The position numbers were made by a program, and so were the translations under genes. Under the pieces are notes generated by a model. That model saw only the letters and a list, made by a program, of their open reading frames with translations. It did no database searches and had not been told where the DNA came from. Below, piece by piece: positions 26,516-36,604 of a stretch of 64,000 nucleotides of DNA (positions within the stretch are counted from its first letter, which is position 1; every line of letters begins with the position of its first letter). Source of the DNA: Raja brachyura (Eukaryota); contig OY740821.1 of the NCBI GenBank assembly GCA_963514005.1, forward strand, positions 11,904,001 through 11,968,000, written 5' to 3'.

Positions 26516-26711
26516 GTAAGCTCTTTTCCCCCAGGGTAAAGGAAGGAAGCTGGTTAGATAATTGGATGGAAGAATGAATGTGTGGGGTTTAAATCAGAAA
26601 TGTTGAGGTCCAGAAGTGGCGGTACGGTTGGTTATAATGCTGAAATCCAACACTGCTGTCTACTTTGAGTAAAGCTGCTATATTCCACACAAAAAAATTG
26701 ATGCTCATCTT

Positions 26712-26978
26712 GGCGGCACGGTGGTGTAGCCGCCTTGCAGCACCAGTGACCCGGGTTCGATCCCAACTACGGGTGCTATCTGTACGGAGTTTGTATGTTC
26801 TCCCCGTGACCTGCGTGGGTTTTCTCCCACTCTCCAAAGACACGCAGGTTTGTAGGTTCATTGGCTTGGGTAAAATTGTAAATTGTCCCTAGTGTGTGCA
26901 GGATAGTGTTAATGTGCCGGGGTCGGTGCGGACTCGGGCCGAAGGGCCTGTTTCCGCGCTATATCTCCAAACTAAACT
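26712..26978 (+). mobile_element. tRNA-derived HE1/V-SINE
   Basis: GGCACGGTGG A-box-like and GGTTCGATCCC B-box; V-domain GGAGTTTGTATGTTCTCCCCGTG; CR1-type tail GGGCCGAAGGGCCTGTTTCC..(TAAAC)n. Confidence 0.85.
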
Positions 26979-28839
26979 CCCCACAAAGGATAAGCACATC
27001 GTTGAAATCACTTGATGTCACTTTGAAGGTGGTGTAGTGAAATCTTAACTGATGATGTTTACATCTTGCAGCATTTGTAGTTCAAGATGTTTGGAGTATT
27101 GGTGTTTTGGAACACAGCCTATGATTCACAAGCTCTTGATAACAATGCTTGCACATGTTCTTTTGTTATTGAGGCAACCACCTAATAAATATAGGTGATC
27201 ATTTGTGTTTTTTTTTCTTTAAATCTTCAGTGTGTTAAAACTACAGTGCTTCCCATCACTGACTTTGACTTATGCTATCTGTGGTGGCATGTACAGTAAC
27301 CTAATTTTATCCTTTTTTATTTTTGAATGATCCACATTGAGAAGGTGTAAATGGCAGGGCCCTCCTAGTGAAAAGTTACATCTGTAGGTTTTGCATATTG
27401 CTCCTTAGTAACTTGCACTGAATGTTGTATCTTGTATTCTGTATCTGTCTACTGTGGACAACTTGGTTATATCTGTGTATAGTCTTTCCTTTGACAGGGT
27501 AGCAAAGGCTTTTCACTGTACACGTATAATAATCAAATAAACTAAAAATGAACTAAACCTCTGAAATGAACTTGTACCGAACTTTACAAATTTCATTTTA
27601 GCGATACAAAGTTTCAATGTTCACATTGCATTTAGAAAAATGACATTTTGAGACATATACAATATTTCAGTGCCTTGTTCATGAGTTACTCTTCTTTGGC
27701 CTCATCAGCTATTGTTTTTTGAAGTTTATGCAATGAGAATTTTTTTTGTTTCTCCTATTTAAACTACGTAGTGCATCTGTCGGTTTATTGAGTCGCAGTC
27801 TTACAGACCCTTCAGCCCAACTTGTCCATGCTGACCAAGATGCCTCGTCTAAGTTAGTCCCACTTTTTCTGCGTTTGGCCCATATCCCTGCAAACCTTTA
27901 TCCACTAATTTGGCCCATATCCCATGTAAACATATATCCACAATTTATTTTTATTGATTAATTTCTTCAATGAAAAAATTGACTGGAAAGGATTTGCTAA
28001 ACAACATGTATATATTGGGGTGGTTTCAGAACAAGTATGTTTGGCAACGGTTGAATTTTTTAAAAGATGTCAATGATACAGGTCATAGATTGAATACAAC
28101 TGCTAAAAGGATTGGGCAGTTGTGGCAAAATGATTTCATGCAAAAGAAGTGCCTGATGACAAGCCAGTTGATGAATTATCTCACAAACCAGGAAGCATTC
28201 CTTAAATGTTTAGGTTAAATATCACTGTACCTTAATTGGTGCATGTGACAATGAATCTGAATCTAAACATTTGAATTTAAATACTAAATCATTGAACATG
28301 TGCTTAAACACAGCAAATGTACATTGCTGTAATATTGTTGCGTGTACTGAGATACAATGAAAATCCACCATTTGCTTGCTGTCGGTCAAATCGTACTCTA
28401 AGTGCACCAGGTAGTGCAAAAGAGAAAATAAACAGGAATATAGTGTTATGTCTACAGAGGAACTGCAGATTAAAACAAATGGGGTAGAAATGAAAGTAAC
28501 CATAAATTTAATGTCACCGTACATGTTATATATTTAAATATTCAAAAATTCATACTTTTATTCTTGGTTTTAAGAGCTGGAAGAGGTAGTTATGGCTTAA
28601 TACACTCGGGCTTGTATATTAAGGTTTTCAGGATCTTTTACAGTGAGACTAATTTATAAAAAGCTGAAATTCTCATCAAGTTAAGCAATTTCAACTTAAT
28701 TGTATGGAAAGCACTCAAGATTTCTGACCAAACTTGAATTTCATTCTGAAGCTATATACGTGTGTGCAAATGCCAAATAATTGAGGTGCGTCGGTGGTTT
28801 TGCCTGTATACGACCACAACATTATATACAACTGTGAGG

Positions 28840-29172
28840 CATAGGTAGGGTAGGCAGTCACAACCTATTTCCAAAGATGGAAAAATCAAATACTAGAGAG
28901 TACAGCTTTAAGGTGAGAGGGAGACGGTTTAAAGGAGATGTGCGGGGCAAGTTTTTAATTCTTTACAAAGAGGGTGGTGAGTGCCTGGAGCGCGCTACCG
29001 GGGGTGGTAATGGAGGCAGATATGGTAGTTGCATTTAAGATACTTTGGGATAGGTACGTGGATGTGGAGGGATATGGAGTATGTGCAGGCAGATAAGAAT
29101 TGGTCTTGGCATCATGTTCGGCACAGACATTGTGGGCAGAAGGGTCTATTCTTGTGCTGCACTGTTGTATAT
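28840..29172 (+). mobile_element. CR1/HER1 LINE 3' fragment
   Basis: ACTAGAGAG..TTTAAGGTGAGAGG..AGAGGGTGGTG..GCCTGG..GGGCAGAAGGGTCTATTCTTGTGCTG. Confidence 0.75.
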
Positions 29173-29304
29173 TGTAAAATTATCTAGACCATTGAGTTGC
29201 CTGACTTGAATATTAACCAATTTTTTTTTCTTGTATTTTTTTCTCTTAATTGGCACATTATTCATTTTGATGCCATTTAGTGATTATCCCTTGGTTCAAT
29301 GTAG

Positions 29305-29399
29305 GCATCCAAGCTGGCGCAGTGAGGATCAGGTGGAGCGTACAAGGCCTGCTAGCGACTCATCACAGCCAACTGAAACCAGTGCCCCTGCAGGTCGAG
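29305..29399 (+). CDS. EIF4B: EIF4B exon 10 (RxRxxS phospho-sites)
   Basis: gtag|G CAT...CGAG|gtaaca; RHPSWRSEDQVERTRPASDSSQPTETSAPAGR; RERHPS and RTRPAS correspond to the human Ser406 and Ser422 motifs. Confidence 0.95.
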
Positions 29400-29561
29400 G
29401 TAACATTTATTTTTTTTACGCTGCCCATTAAGATTTGATGGATAAACATTGTGAGAGTTATTGCTTTTTATAAGCTTTTTGAAGAGATATAAAGATTAGC
29501 AGATGTAAAGTGCTATGCGATTTTAAAAAAAAGTACAAGTATAAAAATACATATATAAATG

Positions 29562-29655
29562 TCAGAAGAAGGGTCTCGACCCGAAATGTCACCTATTCCT
29601 TCGCTCCATAGATGCTGCCTCACCCGCTGAATTTCTCCAGCATTTCTGCCTACCT
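29562..29655 (+). repeat. Penelope terminal-repeat copy (hammerhead CUGA changed to CAGA)
   Basis: GTCAGAAGAAGGGTCTCGACCCGAAATGTCACC...ATAGATGCTGCCTCACCCGCTGA. Confidence 0.75.
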
Positions 29656-29905
29656 TTTTTTAAAAAAATGTAAATTATTGGAAGGATAAATGGCCTGGTC
29701 CATTTGAAGTATGGTTGAGAGGAGTTTGTAAAACAAACAGGATCTTGGACAATTAGATGTGAAGTTAACTTGAATGTTTATAAATCTCTGCTTGGGCCAC
29801 AACTGGAATATTGAGTCCAGTTCCGATCACCGCACTGAAAGCCTGTCAAGGTCCTTGACACGGTGCAAAGGAGGGTTGCCAGTTATAATTCTTGGATAGG
29901 AATAA

Positions 29906-30389
29906 AGGGCCTGTCCCACTTGGGCGACCTAATCCGTGAGTTTGCCCTCGACCTCGCAGCATGGCCGACACGAGGTCCTAGGAGGTCTTTGTAACTCTCC
30001 TTCATGCTCGAGAGTAGTCCCCGTGTACTCTAGGTCACGGCGTATTTTTCAACATGTTGAAAAATGCCTGCAAGTAAAAAAAGGTCGCCATGAAAAAAAA
30101 TCGATACCATTTTTAGTCGTATGTTTAGTCGGAGTAGGTCGGCATGTTAGTCGTAGGTAATCAAGGGTAGTCGTAGATAGTCTTCATCATAGTTGAAGGG
30201 AGATCGAAGGAGGTCGTCTTCACTCTCCATTATTTGGTGTCCAATTTTCCCGAAATTAGTCGTAGCTAATCTTCAATATAGTCAAAGGAGGTTCAAGGAG
30301 GTCTTCTACATACTCGAAGGAGGTCTTCAACATGACATTTTTTCAAACTCTCAACTCGCCAATTAGGTCGCCCAAGTGGGACAGCCCCT
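29906..30389. mobile_element. PIF/Harbinger-type MITE copy B
   Basis: TAA|AGGGCCTGTCCCACTTGGGCGACCTAAT...ATTAGGTCGCCCAAGTGGGACAGCCCCT|TAA. Confidence 0.85.
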
Positions 30390-30664
30390 TAAAGGATCCC
30401 TGTTTGAAGGCGAATTGTCCGTGCTTAAGATCCCAAAGGAGAGTATCTGATCATTTAAATGTACTTACCAGAAATTTGTTTTCACACTTCAATTGTGCGA
30501 CGTCTGAGCCACGTTTCGGCTGATTCCCAATCAGATCCACGGCAAAATATTGCGTAATTGGTCGTAAAGATGTTTGCAACGTAATTAACACCCAGAACCA
30601 GGCCTTAAAATGGGACTTGCACAGTGCCCTACCAGACCAGGCTCCTGTTGAAGGCAGTTTCTAA

Positions 30665-30892
30665 AGGGCCTGTCCCACTTGGCGATTTTTTTCGGCGACT
30701 GGCGGCATCATTGACTGACGTATCAGGTCACTGAAAGAGTCGCGGTGCGATGACGTATTGACGCACGGTGTTTTTTCAAGTGTCTCAGCATTTTGTTTTG
30801 TCGCCGCAGGATTTTGAAATGTTCAAAATCTTTTGGCGACCCTGATATGACGCCGGCAGTCGGCGAAAAAACCGGCAAGTGGGACGGGCCCT
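30665..30892. mobile_element. PIF/Harbinger-type MITE copy C
   Basis: TAA|AGGGCCTGTCCCACTTG...CAAGTGGGACGGGCCCT|TAA. Confidence 0.85.
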
Positions 30893-32264
30893 TAACACTT
30901 TGCTGCATGCTGGTCTTAAAAAGAAAGGTGTTGGCTCTCCAAGGCACAATCTATTGCAGCCATTCACACACTGCGGCTACCACGAAGGAGTTAAGGGGGG
31001 CGGGGTCCATAAACGTACTGACCGAGAATGGAGGTCGTAATAAGTGCCACACAAGCAGGCGGGAGGTCCTTTGGACTGTGGGGGTAGGAGACCAACCTGC
31101 CTGTTCTAGCAAGAACCTGGCTGCAAGCGCTTTCAAATCTTCCAAGTGTGAGAATCACCACTTCTTCAAGTAATGCAGAATCGCACTGTTATCAAATTCC
31201 GCATTTGGCCCATATTTCCGACGACTCGTGTTATCTGTATTAGAACTGTACAGTTCCACCCCAGGTCATCTACATATATTAACTTTTTTTCCTCCTCTCT
31301 ACAGACACTGCCTCATCCGTTGACCTTGCATAGCTTTCTCCCTTTGGTTTCGATTCTGCCCCTCTGAACTGCATTTCACAGCATTTACATGTCTCTGTTT
31401 TATCTTTACCCGTTCTGACGAAGGGCCTTTGACCTTAAACGTTAAATCTGTTCCTCTTTCTACAGATGCCACCTGACCTGCTGAATGTTGCAGGTGTTAT
31501 TTTCATTTAAGGTTGTCGGTTTAACATTGAAAAAACCTGTTGAACTGTATTTGGAAATTTGGTTATTTTGCATGAATAGAAAGAGCCTTAAACCAATGAG
31601 TCTATTTTATTAAACAAATTTCTGGCACTTTGTTAAATGACGTGCGTGATCTACACAGGATAATTTACTTTAATGTAAACTAATGTCAGCATTGTGCTAT
31701 CTGAAGCTGAAACTGACCCTCTTGTTTTTTTGTCCATGCTTCCTAATTGTTTTGGGACTTCAAAGATAGAAGAATACAGTTGCAAAGCCACATAGGTAAA
31801 GCTTTGGCTGTTGTCACCATTTTAAGGAGAACCCATTCCAGCTACATATGAAGATTACCATGTGTTTTACTTGGCTAGAAATGTAAATAAAGCAGTTTGT
31901 TGCTGTCCATAAGATGGTGCCTGGAAGGTTCTTCCACAGGGTCATTGCAGCATAGATTTAATTGTCCATGATGTTGATAAGAAAGGAATAAATCATGTTT
32001 CTCCTGATGAGGAGGAATGGAGGGTTAGAGATGGGGGGTTTTTTCCTCATGGTCAAAGTTCTTAGTTAATTTCCTGGGCACTGGACAGAAATGGTGTATT
32101 TTTGGCAGAACGCAGTCTGATTTGTTGCTTACTTTTGTCACAACCATGCTCATTTAGTCACAATTCATATTGTGAGCCATATTGATTATCAATGGTTGTG
32201 GAATAATATGCAATTCCAGTAAATATGAAAAATGAATGGCATTCACGTGCAGCAACAATCGTGT

Positions 32265-32550
32265 TTTGTTTCGAGATACAGCAGGGAAAAATGCTCGTTG
32301 GCCCACCAAGTCCGCACCAACCAACGATCACCCGAACACTAGTTGTATCTTACACACTAGGGACAATTTACAAAAGCCAATTAACCTACAAAATCACACG
32401 TCTTTGGGATGTAGGAGGAAACCAGAGCACCCGGAGAGAACCCACATGGTCACGGGGGAAAGTACAAGCTACAGCACCCGTAGCCAGGATCGAACCCGGG
32501 TCACTGGCGCTGTAAGGCAGCAACTCTATTGTTGCACCACTGTGCCACCC
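32265..32550 (-). mobile_element. tRNA-derived HE1/V-SINE
   Basis: Reverse-complement match to the 26712 SINE (ACACTAGGGACAATTTACA..GGATCGAACCCGGGTC..CACCACTGTGCCACC). Confidence 0.8.
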
Positions 32551-32670
32551 TCTGCATAGTTCAAAAGTCTTATGTCCAGTTAATATTTGTTTTAAATGGG
32601 TTTTTTTTAAATCTGAAAGAGCTGCTTTTCCCCTCCTAGAGCAACTAATTTTCTATCTTCTCATCTCAAG

Positions 32671-32920
32671 CTACAGTGAGAAGAGAGAGTGAAAAATCCT
32701 TGGACAATGAAGTGTTCAGCAAAGAGGAGGAACCACAGTCACCGGTGTCCAAATCTGCAAAGCCAGACCAGCTCCGACTTAAGGTTGTACCGGCCCCTCC
32801 ACCTAAAGAAAATGCCTGGACGAAGCGAACGGCTGGAGGCTCCAGTAGTACCCAGAGCACGGAGTCAGAGGCCCCACTGCCTGTTTCCCCGACTAGTGCA
32901 TCATCAAATAAATCACTCAG
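32671..32920 (+). CDS. EIF4B: EIF4B exon 11
   Basis: ctcaag|CT...CTCAG|gtatag; ATVRRESEKSLDNE...LKVVPAPPPKENAWTKR...; an in-frame alternative acceptor lies 6 nt downstream (start 32677). Confidence 0.93.
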
Positions 32921-33509
32921 GTATAGGTTGCAATTTCTAGAACAAATCTAACTCCTGGATCTTGCATGCTAATTGAGATTCTCTAATTCACCCACTGGCT
33001 CACCAATTAAAGATGCCATTGTGTTTGCATATGAATAGTTGCTTAAGAGAGGAATGCACGTTGCTAGCAGCAATGGAATTGTATACCTTTAAATCTGTGA
33101 CTTCAGGAGAGAGAAACTGGACAAAATAATTTATTTTGTTTTCTATTGGCCATGAATATTGCAGTGCAACATGGTGGCATTTAGCATCATAAAGGATGAA
33201 GTTTCCTGAATAAACTGGTACCACTTTTAAAAAGAGTATGTTTTTGGAGTTGTCATCTAATTTTGCATGTCTCATGCTGAAAGTTGTCGTGGGGAGGGTG
33301 GATGTGGGTAGAGAAAAGGCCGCTGTGCCCAAAATGTTGTTCAGAAGCCTGATCAAATAACTGTGGTCCCAGTGAAGGAAGTGACATACATTTTGTAATT
33401 TCCATTCTAATTTGATCTTTACCCAGTAGCAAACGGTTCACTACTGATTTTGTGTTTGTTAAAACGAATGTGCAAATTTACAATGTACCATCCTCTGTCT
33501 TCTATACAG

Positions 33510-33547
33510 ATCACCAACTGGCAAAGCTGGACCAGTTTCTCCTCCAG
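33510..33547 (+). CDS. EIF4B: EIF4B exon 12 (38 nt)
   Basis: atacag|A TCA CCA...CCAG|gtatgg; RSPTGKAGPVSPP; supplies the phase 2 to 1 change needed between exons 11 and 13. Confidence 0.85.
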
Positions 33548-34926
33548 GTATGGAAACAAAGCAGCATTTAGCAGGGAATGGTAGAATTATAGTGTACCTG
33601 TCATCGCATCATGAGAACAGGTCTTTTGTTCCTAGTTTAAAAATTAGTTTCTTTCTAATAGATCGATTTGTATCATTATTTTGTGTGTTCCTGCCTCTTT
33701 GTCATGCAAATTCGCACTTTGGAGATTGTTTAATTATTCTTGTCGTAAATATGGGGAGTCCATGCAAAGAGCAAAAATTAGCAGCATGAATTAGTTTGGA
33801 TGGTATGATACTTCTGTCAGGAAACATTGTTTCTTTATACGCTTCAATACTGGGTGGGGGGGCGGGGGGAGAGACCATAGGTTCTCGGAGCAGAATTCGA
33901 TCTGGCCGATCTATCTTTCTCTCTCAACCACATTCTCCCCGTATCCTTTGATGCCCTTACTAATCAAAAACCTGTCAATCTCCACTTTAAAAATACCCAA
34001 TGTATTGGCCTCCACAACCATCTGTGGCAGTGAATTCCACAGATTCACCGCCCTCTGGCTGAAGAAGGCAGATATGAATGCCTAGTTTCTCAGTGGACTG
34101 CATAAATGAGGATTTCAAGCAATTCTTAGCTGACAATGATTCCTTAATATGCCCTTATTTAAAGGTTGCTCAGCTATTCCGGTTTCTAGAAACTATGAAT
34201 AACATGATGCCTAGGTGGTCATTACACCTAGTTTTGAGTTATTGGCAACTTCTAAATACTATGGATCATTTCTGAATACTTAGAATTATAAATACTTTAT
34301 ATTATATTATGGAATCTGAATCTTGAGTGTCTCTCGCCTACTGTGGGGTAAAGAACATGAGGGGGAAATCCATAATTGTGGTTCTGTTAAAACCAACTGT
34401 GCTTTTTGTTTGCAGGCAAGCACTGGGCAATCAGGCCGGGTGCGTTAATAAGTCCTGATAAATAGTAGCTGTGCCGAGACAGTGAAAACGGGTCTTGAAG
34501 CCATTTTGCTGCAATTTGAGGAGTAACAGTGACAACATGTGTTAGTGTAGTTAGTAAGTGTGATTTTATAAGGGGTACAGACAATGTGTTTCCACTAATG
34601 TAAAGATACTGGAGTAGCATTGGAATTCACAGCCTATTCTAACAGGCTGCATTGCCCTTGCATTGGAAAATAAAGTGAGTCGTTGATTTTATATATATGC
34701 GAAAGCACTTGCAAACATTTTCCAGTTCCACTCTGGATGGGGTGGATTTGCTTTTCAAAGATCTTGGCAAATGGACACCAGCTGCTAGAAAGCAAGACGT
34801 GTATGAATTTGGGTTTTGTGGGCTGAATGTTTAATGCAATCGTCTACGCTTTCAAATCACTTCTAAATTACTGATTAGACTGATGAAAAGGAACTGGATT
34901 TTTAAGAGGCATTTTTTAAATTTTAG

Positions 34927-35050
34927 ATGATAAATCAGAAAATGAAATACTAGAGAAAACTTCACCCAAAGAACGTGGTGGGGCCAACAGTGCTGTGAGC
35001 CGGGGACAGAATGATGGCATAAACAAGGACCGAAGGAAGGAACCAGACAG
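34927..35050 (+). CDS. EIF4B: EIF4B exon 13
   Basis: ttttag|AT...GACAG|gtctgt; DDKSENEILEKTSPKERGGANSAVSRGQNDGINKDRRKEPDR. Confidence 0.88.
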
Positions 35051-35509
35051 GTCTGTCCTTTCATAGCCTCTGTCTTTCCAATGTTCAGTTTCCATAGTTG
35101 GTATCTTCTCGCTGTCGAGTCAAAAGATCTCTCTCGTGTTTCCAGATATAGTTCTAACCAACCCATTTGCACCACATTTCCCCAGAGCTAAACATTTGAA
35201 GGAATTGTATTAGTTTGTGAAATTTGATATTGCTATTATCAAGATGTCGTGTAGTGTCTGTGCTTTAGTCTGTCATTATGATACCAGTGCGATTGGTGGT
35301 GGTCCTCATACGTACTCCCTGGCATCATATAACTGACTGGTAGAAATAAAGAACATTGCCAAATTCAAATCTGTACTCATGATGCCTCATGTCCACATGG
35401 TGCATCGGCAGGTCAGTTAATATTCTCGACATCAAATCATGTCTTTTGCAATGCACATTATGTTTTTCTAATGCAGGATCGATACATAATGTTTGCTTTT
35501 CTTGCACAG

Positions 35510-35579
35510 GAAAGACAAAAAGGGCCGTGATTCAAAACCTATAACTGAGCCAAAGAAATACGAAGAATTGCCCACTCCT
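35510..35579 (+). CDS. EIF4B: EIF4B exon 14
   Basis: gcacag|G AAA...CCT|gtaagt; KDKKGRDSKPITEPKKYEELPTP. Confidence 0.92.
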
Positions 35580-35884
35580 GTAAGTCGTAGAAGTGGTGTT
35601 TTCATTGCAAAAGCATTGTCTGCAGTGTAGAAACAAACTCTAGCATTGAACTTAAAAACTGAATAATTGTTATGGTTTAACCAAGTTATAGATAATTGTG
35701 TTTCATCTCAGCCCTTCAAACAACTGGATAAATAATTTGGGATTCAAAGTCCTATGGTTAATTATAAACCACAGTGATCAAAAGAATGCAACATCAACCT
35801 CCAGCTGTAAACTCAAACACCTCTAGATTATGGTGCAGCATTTTACAAACATCCAAGTCTAGCCGTTGACCAAGTCAGTTGGTA

Positions 35885-35982
35885 GATAGACACAAAATGC
35901 TGGAGTAACTCAGTGGGACAGGCAGCATCTCTGGAGAGAAGGAATGGGTAATGTTTCGGGTCGAGACCCTTCTTCAGACTGG
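35885..35982 (-). repeat. Penelope terminal-repeat copy with intact CUGAAGA/GAAA boxes
   Basis: Minus strand CAGTCTGAAGAAGGGTCTCGACCCGAAACATTACC. Confidence 0.75.
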
Positions 35983-36532
35983 TAGATAAGTTGCTGGGGA
36001 AGGTATTAAATGCCCTGGGGGCCACTATTGACCAGAAACTCAACTGACGACAGCCATATACATACCTGTAGCTACAAGAGCAGGTTGCAGGCAGGGTATC
36101 CCACGACAATCTAGTCATGGTTAAAATCCTGGAACACACCCCAGCAGCACTGTGGAAGCACATTCACCTGAGGAACTGCAGTGGTTCAAGAAGGTGGCGC
36201 ATCACCATCTTCTCCAGGGTAGTTGGAGATTGGCCATAAATGTTAGCCTTGCCAATGATGCAAGATTTTTTTTTAAGCCAATGTGAGGTCCCAAAACATA
36301 GGTGTATGTGCATGTGTATGTACGTACCTGAATGTGGCTTTTCTTTCCTCTGCAACAAAATATTGTCAATATTATGTTTAGTTCTCTCAATGGTCCAGAA
36401 TGTAGTGGATCACCCTAAGCACAAGTATGACATGGCACCTTCAGGACAGGTGTGGAAAGGATTTTAAATTTAAAAGTTGTGCATTGCGGCTTTATCATTA
36501 ATCCCGCGCTGGATATTTATGTTTTTCTGTAG

Positions 36533-36604
36533 AAATTCAGCTCTGCTAGCAAATACGCTGCTTTGATGATTGATGCTGAAGAAGAAGAAGACAGTACAGA
36601 ATAA
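36533..36604 (+). CDS. EIF4B: EIF4B last coding exon
   Basis: ctgtag|AAA TTC...GAA TAA; KFSSASKYAALMIDAEEEEDSTE*; joined exons give about 613 aa if exon 1 adds 13 nt as in human. Confidence 0.97.
   Translation, partial: KFSSASKYAALMIDAEEEEDSTE

Noticed and set aside
26712-26790. tRNA gene
   Set aside because: A/B-box-like motifs belong to a SINE head; no complete cloverleaf, and it continues into V-domain and CR1 tail.
30100-30330. Short repeated AGTCGTAG/GAAGGAGGTC units resembling a CRISPR-like array
   Set aside because: Irregular degenerate subrepeats inside MITE B; no constant repeat with unique spacers, and the context is eukaryotic.
13149-36532. Intronic snoRNAs, as hosted by other translation-factor genes
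   Set aside because: No convincing box C/D pair with terminal stem or H/ACA double hairpin seen by eye; a snoRNA scan would be needed to exclude them.
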